Positions 29,915 through 40,192 of a stretch of 64,000 nt of DNA are shown here, one piece after another (positions within the stretch are counted from its first letter, which is position 1; the number at the start of each line of letters is the position of its first letter). The notes under the pieces are model-generated. The model saw only the letters and a program-made list of their open reading frames with translations, searched no databases and was not told the DNA's origin. Position numbers and translations under genes: made by a program. The stretch lies in contig OZ260086.1 in NCBI GenBank assembly GCA_965284455.1, forward strand, positions 1,728,686 through 1,792,685, read 5' to 3'. This DNA comes from Sphingobacteriaceae bacterium. Its GTDB lineage: Bacteria; Bacteroidota; Bacteroidia; Sphingobacteriales; Sphingobacteriaceae.

Positions 29915-31036
29915 TTATTTAAACCAACCCTTACGCCAGAAGTAGATAACCTGCAATACCGCAATTATACCCATTACAATCCATGTCCACGTGTATCCGT
30001 GCGGGCTGTAAAGCTCAGGCATATTAGCGGGCATTACTTTACCCGTTACCGGATCTTCACGACTAAAATTCATGCCGTAAATACCTGCAATAAAGGTTAG
30101 CGGAATAAAAATAGAAGAAATAATGGTCAGCACCTTCATAATTTCATTCATCCGGTTACTGATGATTGACAGGTTCATATCAATATTGGCCGAGGCAATC
30201 TCCTTTAGCGATTCGATAAAATCAATAATCTGGATGCAGTGATCGTAAGCATCCTTCATATAGGTTTTGGTCAGGTCAGAAATTAACGGACTGTCTGTTC
30301 TGATAATGTCGTTCAGTTTATCGCGCTCTGGCCAGGCTATTTTCCTGATCGTTATCAATGAGCGTTTAATGCCTTGTGTGTCGTACATGATGCGCTTATC
30401 GGGATTATCGAACAAGCGGTCTTCAATCGCATCCAGTTCTTCGCCCCAAAAGTTTAACAACGCAAAGTAATTATCTACAATCACATCCATAATGGCATAC
30501 ATCAAATAACTGCTCCCACCTATCCTGATATTCCCCTTGCCTATTTCCAGTCGTTTTCTAACTGGTTCGAAACAATCGGCATAGGTTTCCTGAAAAGTAA
30601 TTAACGTACGTTCGGAAAGAATAAAAGAGATCTGATCGTTATTTAAAATCCCCTCATCGTTTAAATAAAGGTGGCGGCTTACCGAAAAAATGTATTTATC
30701 GTTATCGTACTCATCTAATTTTGGCCGCTGGTAAGAACTGGTAATATCTTCCAGTACCAGCCTGCTGATATCGTATTTGGAATATAAGGTTTCGAATATG
30801 GCCGGATCGCCCAACCCCTTAATATCAAACCAGTAATTAAAATCTTTGCTTTCAATCAGTTTATCAATGTTATTGATATTTTCCAATTCTACTTTCTTAT
30901 AACTTTTATCGTTATAAGTATGCAACACAATAATCGGTTTTAAAGCTTCTTCATCAATAGCATACAAGCCCGGACTTGTGCCTGGTGCCGGCATTTTGTA
31001 GTGCTTATGCCTGTTACGTGGTTTGTTTTTACCCAT
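29915..31036 (-). CDS. corA: Magnesium/cobalt transporter CorA
   Basis: GIYGMNF signature, QRPK, MPELY and two C-terminal TMs. Confidence 0.95.
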   Translation of the reverse strand: MGKNKPRNRHKHYKMPAPGTSPGLYAIDEEALKPIIVLHTYNDKSYKKVELENINNIDKLIESKDFNYWFDIKGLGDPAIFETLYSKYDISRLVLEDITSSYQRPKLDEYDNDKYIFSVSRHLYLNDEGILNNDQISFILSERTLITFQETYADCFEPVRKRLEIGKGNIRIGGSSYLMYAIMDVIVDNYFALLNFWGEELDAIEDRLFDNPDKRIMYDTQGIKRSLITIRKIAWPERDKLNDIIRTDSPLISDLTKTYMKDAYDHCIQIIDFIESLKEIASANIDMNLSIISNRMNEIMKVLTIISSIFIPLTFIAGIYGMNFSREDPVTGKVMPANMPELYSPHGYTWTWIVMGIIAVLQVIYFWRKGWFK

Positions 31037-31038
31037 AA

Positions 31039-31650
31039 TTATAAATATAACCGAGCCTGTGGCCCCTGATTGAATAACAAATCAACAATGCTTAAGTTGG
31101 GCAAAAATTGATACCGGTCTTCAAATACCTGATAATATGGCTTATTATTTACCGTATCTTCTTCCTTTTTAGGGCTCATCATTCCCCTGAAATCTAAGGC
31201 TGATGATACTGTATCCTCATATTCATGGGTAGTATTCATTACAATCGGGAGTTTAAGCTTTTTATTTAACCATTCCACCAATTCGAGGTTATAATCGAAC
31301 AAAAACTCGAATTTCTCATTATAAAAACGCGAAAGTTCATCTTCATAAAATTCAAAATACGCCGAACTTCTATAACAACTCTCTAAACTTAGCCAATGTA
31401 ACCGCTGCCATTTAAAATCGTTGCTAATGCGTACGTCTTTCATTTTGGTATGCGTTTTCGAACCCTTAACCACCGGCACGGTAAGATCGAGCTTTCCGTT
31501 TGGCGAATAAATACTGGCCCGGTTCCGGTACGTTTGTTTAGTTAAATGTTCGTGTTTTTCAATTAAAAAATCCGTTCCCAGTTTTTGCAATAAACTAAAA
31601 TAACCAACTGGTGGAAGATAAAATAATGGAAGTATAGCTGTATTCTGCAT
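31039..31650 (-). CDS. WbqC family protein
   Basis: KQTYRNR, LTVPV, YRSSAYFE and NLSIVDLLFNQG motifs. Confidence 0.88.
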   Translation of the reverse strand: MQNTAILPLFYLPPVGYFSLLQKLGTDFLIEKHEHLTKQTYRNRASIYSPNGKLDLTVPVVKGSKTHTKMKDVRISNDFKWQRLHWLSLESCYRSSAYFEFYEDELSRFYNEKFEFLFDYNLELVEWLNKKLKLPIVMNTTHEYEDTVSSALDFRGMMSPKKEEDTVNNKPYYQVFEDRYQFLPNLSIVDLLFNQGPQARLYL

Positions 31651-31908
31651 TTGAAAATTTATGTTTGTAGCCGAAACGTTTTAAAAATAATGATTTAAAG
31701 AAGGATTTCGCAGCTTCGCGTAATTTTATGCTTGTTGTAGCCCTTTCTGCTTCTGCTGCTATTTTTTTGCAAGATTACTATATTATCTGCTTTATTGCAC
31801 AATGAGACTCAGAAAAAAGTATAGCAATCACCCTTATTTTTAAATTTATTAAAAGATGATTTGGCCTTGTAGCCATAAACAAGCGGAAATTTAACCCGAA
31901 ATAAAAGA

Positions 31909-32922
31909 ATGAGTCCCTCAGTAGCCATTGTAATTTTAAACTGGAATGGAAAAGCATATTTAGAACAGTTTTTGCCCGGAATTTTACTTTCCAGATACGA
32001 CAACTTGCAAATTGTTGTGGGAGATAATGCATCAACTGATGATTCGGTTCTATTTGTGCAGGAAAATTTTCCTGGTGTTAAAATCATTCAAAACGAGGTT
32101 AATTATGGCTTTGCTGGAGGTTACAATAAGGTATTAGAACGTGTTGAGGCTGATTATTTTATCCTGCTCAACTCAGATGTTGAGGTTACCCCCAACTGGA
32201 TACAGCCAGTTATCGATTTAATGGAAAGTGATGCGCAAATTGCAGCTGCACAGCCTAAAATAAAATGGTACAGCGATAAAAACCAGTTCGAATATGCCGG
32301 TGCTGCAGGGGGCTATCTGGATATTTATGCTTTCCCATTTTGCCGTGGAAGATTGTTTAATGTTTACGAACAGGACAAAGGCCAATACAACGATACCAAG
32401 GAAGTTTTCTGGGCCAGTGGCGCTGCCTTTTTCATTAAAAGCAAATGCTGGAAGGAAGCTGGCGGACTGGATGCCGATCTTTTTGCGCACATGGAAGAAA
32501 TTGACCTCTGCTGGCGCTTAAAAAACCTAAATTATAAAATCATGTACTGCCCTGATGCCGAAGTATACCATGTTGGCGGCGGTACTTTGCAGACAGAGAA
32601 TCCCTTTAAAACTTACCTTAATTTCAGGAACAACCTCATCATCATGCAAAAAAACCTGCCTGCAAGCGATGCCGTTTTCAGGATTTTTATCAGGATGTGT
32701 ATCGATTTTGTAGCCTGGTGGCACTTCCTGCTTAGCGGAAAACCTAAATTTACCATGGCGGTAAGCAAAGGTCACTGGCATTTCTTAAAATCGCTAACTA
32801 AAACGAATAAGAAACGGAAAGCTTTTCAAAAGCCTTATGCTACACATCAGGGCGTATTTAACAACAGCGTTGTTTGGGCATTTTTTATCCGGAAGATCAA
32901 ATACTTCTCCGCTTTAAAGTAA
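31909..32922 (+). CDS. GT2 family glycosyltransferase
   Basis: IVILNWNG, DNASTD, LLNSD and HMEEIDLCWR motifs. Confidence 0.92.
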   Translation: MSPSVAIVILNWNGKAYLEQFLPGILLSRYDNLQIVVGDNASTDDSVLFVQENFPGVKIIQNEVNYGFAGGYNKVLERVEADYFILLNSDVEVTPNWIQPVIDLMESDAQIAAAQPKIKWYSDKNQFEYAGAAGGYLDIYAFPFCRGRLFNVYEQDKGQYNDTKEVFWASGAAFFIKSKCWKEAGGLDADLFAHMEEIDLCWRLKNLNYKIMYCPDAEVYHVGGGTLQTENPFKTYLNFRNNLIIMQKNLPASDAVFRIFIRMCIDFVAWWHFLLSGKPKFTMAVSKGHWHFLKSLTKTNKKRKAFQKPYATHQGVFNNSVVWAFFIRKIKYFSALK

Positions 32923-33044
32923 TTTAACCGCAAAATGCGCTAAGCAGGGCGCAAAGCGTGCAAATTTGGAAGTATAATTACCCTGGTAAGATTCGTTTTT
33001 CTCTGTGCAAGCTCCGTGACCTCTGTGGCAAAAAACCAATGGCG

Positions 33045-33761
33045 CTATTTCAAAGATTCTTCAATCGATTTTTCAACCCAGTTTACCGTATTCGACCCTA
33101 AACCCAGCGTACTGAATTTAATGTACCCCTTTTTATCAATCACCACATGCGTTGGATAGCCTTTTACATCATATTTACTGGCAATAGAGCGCCCGCCACT
33201 GATAATGTGATAATCAAATGGTATTGTCTTTAAAAAAGATTTAAGATCATACTTTTCATCCAGGGCAATCCCCAGGAACACAACATCTTTATTGTCTTTA
33301 TATTTCGCAACAATTTCGTTCAGGTGCGGAATTTCGGCCTTGCAGGGTGGACAATTGATAAACCAGAAATTTATCACATACACCTTTCCGGTACTATCTT
33401 TCAGGTTGTATTTATTGCCCTCTATGTCGCTGGCCTTAAAACCATTAAATAATTCGCCTTCTTTAAAAGATTCGCTTTCGCGTGGCCTCGGCATTTTATT
33501 CACATAAGCTGCTTTCTGATCGGCAGAGAGCTCATAAATCAGGTATTCTTTTTCACCACTATCGGTAAAGGTTTTCCGGTCTTTTATCCCGTATTTACCC
33601 GATTGCATTAATTTTTTCCAGGTATTGTAAGGATAAACCATCCCATCTTCGCCTCGTATAACCGATTGTTCGTTAAGGATGGTTCTTTTGGGTGTAGTTT
33701 CCTGGGCCTGTCCAAGCAGACAGGTAAAGAGTAGAGCAGTTAATATTAGATATTTGAACAT
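33045..33761 (-). CDS. TlpA family thiol-disulfide oxidoreductase
   Basis: Signal peptide; NFWFINCPPC and YPTHVVID motifs. Confidence 0.88.
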   Translation of the reverse strand: MFKYLILTALLFTCLLGQAQETTPKRTILNEQSVIRGEDGMVYPYNTWKKLMQSGKYGIKDRKTFTDSGEKEYLIYELSADQKAAYVNKMPRPRESESFKEGELFNGFKASDIEGNKYNLKDSTGKVYVINFWFINCPPCKAEIPHLNEIVAKYKDNKDVVFLGIALDEKYDLKSFLKTIPFDYHIISGGRSIASKYDVKGYPTHVVIDKKGYIKFSTLGLGSNTVNWVEKSIEESLK

Positions 33762-33773
33762 ATAATTAGAAAT

Positions 33774-34190
33774 TTAGATCAGCAGACTTTCAATAGCCAG
33801 GCGGTAACCATTTATACCAAAACCAGTTAAAACACCCTGGCAGTTCTTACCCGTTAAAGAAACATGGCGATATTCTTCACGCGCATAAATATTTGAAATG
33901 TGCACCTCAACAACCGGGGTTTTAATGGCTGCTATGGCATCGGCCAGCGCAACCGATGTGTGGGTATAGCCACCTGCATTCAAAATAATTCCATCATAAA
34001 TGAAACCAATTTCATGCAATTTATTAATCAGTTCGCCTTCTACATTGCTTTGGTAGTAATCGATTTCGATAGCCGGATATACTGTTTTCAGTTCTTTTAT
34101 GTAGTCTTCAATACTGGTATTACCGTAAATAGAAGGTTCGCGTACGCCTAAAAGATTTAAGTTGGGGCCGTTAATAATTTGTATTTTCAT
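33774..34190 (-). CDS. aroQ: Type II 3-dehydroquinate dehydratase
   Basis: NGPNLNLLGVREP, QSNVEG, YTHTS and EVHISN motifs. Confidence 0.96.
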   Translation of the reverse strand: MKIQIINGPNLNLLGVREPSIYGNTSIEDYIKELKTVYPAIEIDYYQSNVEGELINKLHEIGFIYDGIILNAGGYTHTSVALADAIAAIKTPVVEVHISNIYAREEYRHVSLTGKNCQGVLTGFGINGYRLAIESLLI

Positions 34191-34336
34191 CTGTTTATAA
34201 TCTTGTTTTAAGGTGATGAAGCTACCATGATTTCCATAATCTGTTCGATTTTCGAAAAAATCATGATGGTTTCATGATCACTTGTAACGTTAAATGTTGT
34301 AACGTTGCAATGTTATAAAAAATCTCAAATAAAAGC

Positions 34337-35236
34337 ATGCTTTGGCAATCATATATTAAAGGTTTTAGATCTTATTTAAAGCTCGAGCGATCGTTAGCTG
34401 CCCATTCAGTCGAGGCTTACCTGGGCGATATCGAAAAACTGGTGCAGTATTATCATTCATTAAATGAAACTCCACAGCTTACCGATATCCATACAAGCGA
34501 TATAAAATCTTTTATTTCGTGGTTAAATGAGTTGGGCATGCAGGCCAGTACCCAGGCCAGGGTAATTTCGGGTTTGAAAGCTTTCTTTGCTTATTTAATG
34601 ATTGAAGAGGTGATTACCAACGATCCGACAGCATTAATTGAAGCTCCTAAACTTAGCAGGAAGCTACCGGATACCCTGAATATTTATGAGATTAATGCTT
34701 TAATTGCTGCTATTGATGCCTCTAAGCCAGAAGGCATGCGTAATAAAGCAATAATTGAGGTATTGTACGCTTGTGGACTACGTGTTAGTGAGTTAACTGA
34801 TTTAAAATTATCGAATGTTTTCCCTCAAATTGAATTTATTAAAGTAATTGGTAAAGGGAACAAAGAACGTCTGATCCCGATTGGAAGTGAAGCGCTGAAA
34901 TTGATGGAAATTTACATTAACGAAGTCCGTGTGCATGCCAATATTAAAAAAGGCCATGAAGATTTTATCTTTTTAAACCGCTTTGGAGCCAGGCTTTCCA
35001 GAATTTCGATATTCAACCTAATCAAAAGCCTGGCCATAGGTACAGGCTTAAAGAAAACCATTAGTCCGCATACCTTGAGGCATTCTTTTGCCACGCATTT
35101 AATTGAAGGTGGTGCTGATTTACGGGCAGTACAGGAAATGCTGGGGCACTCGAGCATTACAACTACCGAGATTTATACCCATATTGACCGCGATTATTTA
35201 AGAGAGGTAATTACGCAGTTTCATCCACGTGCCTAA
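34337..35236 (+). CDS. xerD: Site-specific tyrosine recombinase XerD
   Basis: GLRVSEL, GKGNKER, SPHTLRHSFATHL, LGH and TEIY motifs; housekeeping context. Confidence 0.88.
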   Translation: MLWQSYIKGFRSYLKLERSLAAHSVEAYLGDIEKLVQYYHSLNETPQLTDIHTSDIKSFISWLNELGMQASTQARVISGLKAFFAYLMIEEVITNDPTALIEAPKLSRKLPDTLNIYEINALIAAIDASKPEGMRNKAIIEVLYACGLRVSELTDLKLSNVFPQIEFIKVIGKGNKERLIPIGSEALKLMEIYINEVRVHANIKKGHEDFIFLNRFGARLSRISIFNLIKSLAIGTGLKKTISPHTLRHSFATHLIEGGADLRAVQEMLGHSSITTTEIYTHIDRDYLREVITQFHPRA

Positions 35237-36093
35237 CCGGCAGCCAAACGGCAACAAATCATCCTATCTTTTCCCTGCATATCTTTTCGTAACTCAATGT
35301 TTTCAAACCCTTTACCAATCAACATATCAACGGTTTCCTGACCTAAATACTCGTTGATTTCGAAGTAAAGTGCACCTTTGGGATTTAGGTTTGTTAGCGC
35401 AAAATCAGCAATAGCTTTGTAGAAAATTAAAGGGTTTTCATTACTTACAAAAAGTGCTAAATGTGGTTCATGCGCTAAAACATTATCGTGCATTTCAGAT
35501 TTCTCTAAATACCTGATATATGGCGGATTACTAGCAATTACATCAAATTTTAATTCACTTGAAAAAGTTAATATATCAGCCGAAATAAAACGCACTTCCA
35601 CACCAATTTGCGTAGCATTTAACTTTGCAACAGCTATAGCCTCTTCTGAAACATCTAAAGCAGATACTTCAGCCTGTTGCAAATGTTTTTTAAGCGTAAC
35701 CGGAATACAACCCGAACCTGTTCCAATATCTAAAATTTTAAGACCGTCAGCTGTAAACCGGGAATTGCTATCTGAAATAATCCAGTCTACCAACTCCTCT
35801 GTTTCTGGCCTTGGAATGAGCACATTTTCATTTACCTTAAACACCAATCCGTAAAAATGCGCTTCGCCCAAAATATGTTGAATGGGTTTTCCCAGCTTCA
35901 AATCGCTAAGCATGCTTAACAATTGCTGTTCGTTAATCAAATCAATAGCTGTATCGCGCAACATCCTTAATTGAGTGAAAGGCAGCCCTAAAACATGTTC
36001 TGCAGCAAGTCTAAACAAGGCACTGGCTTCCTCACCATCATACAACGCCTCAAGTTTGAACTGATAAAGTGTTTCTAATTCTCCAATTTTCAT
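35233..36093 (-). CDS. prmC: Release factor glutamine methyltransferase (start likely 36093, MKIGEL)
   Basis: PIQHILG, VLIPRPETEEL, DIGTGSG and SNPPY motifs. Confidence 0.95.
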   Translation of the reverse strand: MKIGELETLYQFKLEALYDGEEASALFRLAAEHVLGLPFTQLRMLRDTAIDLINEQQLLSMLSDLKLGKPIQHILGEAHFYGLVFKVNENVLIPRPETEELVDWIISDSNSRFTADGLKILDIGTGSGCIPVTLKKHLQQAEVSALDVSEEAIAVAKLNATQIGVEVRFISADILTFSSELKFDVIASNPPYIRYLEKSEMHDNVLAHEPHLALFVSNENPLIFYKAIADFALTNLNPKGALYFEINEYLGQETVDMLIGKGFENIELRKDMQGKDRMICCRLAAG

Positions 36094-36259
36094 TAATAAC
36101 AGTTTTGTTTTAGCAGTTGGTTCGGTTAATGCATGCAGTTCACAGCTACCATAACACTTTTCCTCCTGACGTTTCAATGGCCGCAAAATTACTTATTTAG
36201 GATGATATCAATTCTGTTTTGGGCATTCCATGACTCATTTTTTTACTACTTTTGCCTCC

Positions 36260-37315
36260 ATGAGCGACGAATTTTACATAAAACGCTGTTTGGAATTGGC
36301 CGCTTTAGGTATTGGTCGGGTTAGTCCAAATCCTATGGTTGGTTGCGTAATTGTAGCTAACAATCAAATTATTGGCGAAGGCTATCACCAGCAATACGGT
36401 CAGGCACATGCAGAACCCAATGCAGTAAAGGCAGTGTTTGATAAATATGGCAACCAGGCCGAAAGTTTATTAAAACAGGCTACCGCTTATGTAAATTTAG
36501 AGCCTTGTGCGCACTTTGGCAAAACCCCTCCTTGTGCCGATTTACTGGTAAAACATCAGCTTAAAAAAGTAGTAATCGGAAACCGGGATCCATTTTCGGG
36601 TGTAGATGGTAAAGGAATAGAAAAACTTAAAAATGCAGGAATTGAAGTTATAAGTGGTATTGCCGATGCCGAATGCCGCTATTTCAACCGCAGGTTTTTT
36701 ACCCGAATACAACAACAAAGGCCTTATGTTATTTTAAAGTGGGCCGAAACAGCCAATGGCTATTTTGCCGCAAGTGATGGTCAGCAGAAATGGATTAGCG
36801 GTGCCCTGACTAAACGCCTTGCACACCAATGGCGAACCGAAGAAGATGCCATCCTGATTGGCAAGCAAACGGCTCTAATCGATAATCCACAGTTAACCGC
36901 AAGGGAGTGGCCAGGTAGAAATCCGATACGCCTGGTAATTGATAAAAATCTACAGGTTCCTCAATCCAATCACATTTATAACGAAGAGGCTAAAACCATT
37001 ATTTTTAATGAGGTTAAAACCGACGTGGTTGGCAACATTCATTACATACAGATGGAAGACATGCAATTCTATCTGCCACAAAAGATTGCTTTCCAACTTT
37101 ATTTAATGGATATACAATCGGTAATAATCGAAGGTGGCGCGCTCATTTTAACACAATTTCTGGATGCTGGCCTTTGGGACGAAGCGCGGATTTTCACATC
37201 ATCAAGCAGCTGGAACGAAGGCATACCATCACCTCCAATCAATGGTAACCTGCAAGAGCAGGTTCAAATCGGAAAAGATAAACTATCTATCTATATAAAC
37301 AACCTGAATAAATGA
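36260..37315 (+). CDS. ribD: Riboflavin biosynthesis deaminase/reductase RibD (start likely 36260)
   Basis: PNPMVG, HAE, LEPCAHFGKTPPC and IEGG motifs. Confidence 0.95.
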   Translation: MSDEFYIKRCLELAALGIGRVSPNPMVGCVIVANNQIIGEGYHQQYGQAHAEPNAVKAVFDKYGNQAESLLKQATAYVNLEPCAHFGKTPPCADLLVKHQLKKVVIGNRDPFSGVDGKGIEKLKNAGIEVISGIADAECRYFNRRFFTRIQQQRPYVILKWAETANGYFAASDGQQKWISGALTKRLAHQWRTEEDAILIGKQTALIDNPQLTAREWPGRNPIRLVIDKNLQVPQSNHIYNEEAKTIIFNEVKTDVVGNIHYIQMEDMQFYLPQKIAFQLYLMDIQSVIIEGGALILTQFLDAGLWDEARIFTSSSSWNEGIPSPPINGNLQEQVQIGKDKLSIYINNLNK

Positions 37316-38178
37316 TATACATTATTTTAAGTATCTGCTGCAGTGTTACCGTAGCCGTGTTGTTGAAGCTGGCCAAACGTTATCAAATCAGCATTATCCA
37401 AGCAGTTACTGTAAACTATTTTGCCGCCTTAACACTTTGTTTTTTCTTTTTCAAACCCGATATAAAATTAGTAAGCAGCGCAGCGCCATGGCCCATTTAC
37501 ACCGCCCTGGCTATACTCTTACCCACTATATTTCTGTTCCTTGCTGCGTCTGTTAAAAGCCTTGGCATTGTTAAAACCGATATCGCTCAGCGTTTGTCGC
37601 TATTTATCCCCATACTGGCTGCTTACTCTATCTTTAAAGAAGATTTTAACAATCTAAAAGTAGTTGGCCTGGCCATTGGTTTTGCAGCCATTTTCTTAAC
37701 TTTTTTACGCAAGAGCAATCCTGATCAAAAAACAGGAAACCTCATCTATCCGGTAATGGTATTTATTGGCTTTGGAACAATTGACGTACTGTTTAAACAA
37801 ATTGCCTTATACAAAGAATTACCCTATACTACCTCACTTTTCACCGTTTTCTGCATGGCATTTGCGGTTTCGCTGGTTATCGTTACCATAATGACGATTT
37901 CCGGGAAGATCAAATTACAACTGGTTAATCTGGCTTGCGGACTGATTTTAGGTTTCTTTAACTTCGGAAACATCCTTTTTTACCTGAAAGCACATAAAGC
38001 ACTTTCACAAAACCCTTCTACCGTATTTGCAGCAATGAACCTCGGCGTTATTATAGCCGGCACTTTAATAGGCGTTGTGGTGTTTAAAGAAAAATTAACA
38101 AAAATAAATTACATTGGAATAATCCTGGCCATTGCCGCGGTTATTTGCATTACCCTTTCGCAAAATGTTGTTCGATGA
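37312..38178 (+). CDS. EamA/DMT family transporter
   Basis: About 10 TM segments in two repeats; overlaps the ribD stop. Confidence 0.8.
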   Translation: MIYIILSICCSVTVAVLLKLAKRYQISIIQAVTVNYFAALTLCFFFFKPDIKLVSSAAPWPIYTALAILLPTIFLFLAASVKSLGIVKTDIAQRLSLFIPILAAYSIFKEDFNNLKVVGLAIGFAAIFLTFLRKSNPDQKTGNLIYPVMVFIGFGTIDVLFKQIALYKELPYTTSLFTVFCMAFAVSLVIVTIMTISGKIKLQLVNLACGLILGFFNFGNILFYLKAHKALSQNPSTVFAAMNLGVIIAGTLIGVVVFKEKLTKINYIGIILAIAAVICITLSQNVVR

Positions 38179-38779
38179 TTCGTATAAAACAATCGAGAGT
38201 GCATCAGAAGGCATATTTCGAGATAAAGGGAGCAAATTTATTGCTTATGCCTATCCCATCCGTTCGGAAGAGGAAGTTAAACCACTTATTACCGTTTTAA
38301 GGGCTGAACATGCTAAGGCCAGGCATTTTTGCTATGCTTACCGCTTAACACCCGATCGGTCGGTATTCCGGATTAACGATGATGGAGAACCATCTGGCAC
38401 CGCTGGCAGACCTATACTCAACTGCCTGTTATCAGAAGATGTGACCAATATCTTAATAGTAGTAGTTCGTTATTTCGGCGGAACTTTATTGGGCGTTCCG
38501 GGTTTAATTAACGCATACAAAACTGCTAGTATAGAAGCGATTAAAGCATCAACTATTATAAACAAAACTGTAAATGATGTTTATGAAGTTAATTTTGATT
38601 ATCTTCAAATGAATGATGTTATGAAGCTGGTGAAGGAAGAAAACATAGAAGTTTTGGCGCAGCAATTTGATACACAATGCGCATTGAAATTCGAAATCAG
38701 AAAAAACCAATTAAACCAGGTTTTAGGTAAATTTGATAAAATAACAGGCGTTAAATTAAAATACCTGCAAACCATTTAA
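38165..38779 (+). CDS. YigZ/IMPACT family protein (start likely 38165)
   Basis: KGSKFIA, ARHFCYAY, DDGEPSGTAG and RYFGGTLLG motifs. Confidence 0.92.
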   Translation: MLFDDSYKTIESASEGIFRDKGSKFIAYAYPIRSEEEVKPLITVLRAEHAKARHFCYAYRLTPDRSVFRINDDGEPSGTAGRPILNCLLSEDVTNILIVVVRYFGGTLLGVPGLINAYKTASIEAIKASTIINKTVNDVYEVNFDYLQMNDVMKLVKEENIEVLAQQFDTQCALKFEIRKNQLNQVLGKFDKITGVKLKYLQTI

Positions 38780-38823
38780 ACCTACCCGGTAGTTTATGCT
38801 ATCAACAAAATAACAATAATCAG

Positions 38824-39684
38824 ATGAAAATAGCTGAGAGCGACTTAATTATCAACCCGGATGGCAGCATTTATCACTTAAATTTGTTGCCCGGTGATAT
38901 TGCAGATCATGTAATTACCGTGGGCGATCCCGACCGGGTTAGCGAAGTGAGTAAATACTTCGATAAAATTGAGTTTACGAAAGGTAAACGCGAATTTATA
39001 ACACATACTGGCTACGTTGGTAAAAAACGGATTACTGTGCTTTCAACTGGCATTGGCACCGATAACATTGATATTGTTTTTAACGAACTTGATGCCCTGG
39101 TAAACATTGATTTCGAAACCAGGGAAATTAAAAAGCATCTCACATCTTTAAATATCATCCGTATAGGCACTTCTGGTGCAGTACAGCCTGATATCCCGAT
39201 AGGCACTATCCTGGCTTCATCTTATGGATTGGGAATGGATGCCCTGATGAATTACTATTACCATGAGTTAACGGGCGATGAACGTAGCTTAATGGATGAC
39301 CTGAAATCACATTTTGGCCATCTAAAAAACATAAACCCTTATTTAACTGCCGCTAATGATAATTTATTAAATACCATAGGTAAAAATATGTACCATGGTA
39401 TTACTATTACGGCACCAGGCTTTTATGCGCCGCAGGGTAGAATTGTACGTGCCAAAAATGCTATCCCGGATTTTATCGGTTTAATTAACAGCTTTAGTAG
39501 CAACCAGCACCGCATAACCAATTTAGAAATGGAAACCGCAGGTATTTATGCTTTGGCTAAAGTTCTAGGACACAAAGCACTATCGGTTAACGCAATTTTA
39601 GCCAGCAGGGTAAAACTCGAGTTTAGCAGCAATCCCAATAAAATTGTAGATGATGCCATTAAAATGGTTCTGGAGAGAATTTAA
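38824..39684 (+). CDS. Nucleoside (uridine-type) phosphorylase
   Basis: GSIYHL, VGDPDRV, RIGTSG and NLEMETA motifs. Confidence 0.9.
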   Translation: MKIAESDLIINPDGSIYHLNLLPGDIADHVITVGDPDRVSEVSKYFDKIEFTKGKREFITHTGYVGKKRITVLSTGIGTDNIDIVFNELDALVNIDFETREIKKHLTSLNIIRIGTSGAVQPDIPIGTILASSYGLGMDALMNYYYHELTGDERSLMDDLKSHFGHLKNINPYLTAANDNLLNTIGKNMYHGITITAPGFYAPQGRIVRAKNAIPDFIGLINSFSSNQHRITNLEMETAGIYALAKVLGHKALSVNAILASRVKLEFSSNPNKIVDDAIKMVLERI

Positions 39685-39781
39685 TTGGCAAATGATTGAG
39701 TTTTGAATGACTAAATCGGTGAATTTTGATGGCTCAGACACAGCTTTAACTCACTCATTCAAAATTCAAGCATTCAAATGT

Positions 39782-40189
39782 TTAAACAAAGACTTTAACC
39801 TCAGGTATTTCTTCTTTCACCAGCTCATTACCAGCGCTGTCTAAATAGGTACAGGTCATTTCTTCTGTATCAATAATCCATTTTTCTACACCAGCATCGG
39901 CAGCCTGCTTACAGAAGGTAAAAAAATCGGTTTCACCCTGTTGGTGTACTTTTAAAGCATGCTCCAGTTTTTCTACAGAAGATACTTCGTTAATAATTAA
40001 AGCAGGATAATCCTCCGGACTCTCCTGCTGTGCATTATCTTCATCATCAAAGTAAATAGATAAACCATTGTTTACATAAACATCATTTCGCTTAACCCCC
40101 ATTGCCTTAATTTCTTTAATAAATTGAGGAAAATCTGCGCCGGTTTTAATCTTTGCCGCTGCTGCCTGGATATTCGAAATGGTAAACAT
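39782..40189 (-). CDS. DUF1398-like protein
   Basis: GADFPQFI, HQQGETDF and AGVEKW motifs. Confidence 0.75.
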   Translation of the reverse strand: MFTISNIQAAAAKIKTGADFPQFIKEIKAMGVKRNDVYVNNGLSIYFDDEDNAQQESPEDYPALIINEVSSVEKLEHALKVHQQGETDFFTFCKQAADAGVEKWIIDTEEMTCTYLDSAGNELVKEEIPEVKVFV

Positions 40190-40192
40190 ACT

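Noticed and set aside
31728-31805. 25-aa hydrophobic ORF (MLVVALSASAAIFLQDYYIICFIAQ) between wbqC and GT2
   Set aside because: Too short, with no promoter or conservation evidence available; may be chance.
34337-35236. Tyrosine recombinase as a sign of an integrative element
   Set aside because: Looks like housekeeping XerD among core genes; no att repeats or cargo.
36094-36186. 31-aa N-terminal extension of PrmC in the ORF track
   Set aside because: Begins within a TAATTTTG promoter box; the downstream ATG at 36093 gives a normal-length PrmC.
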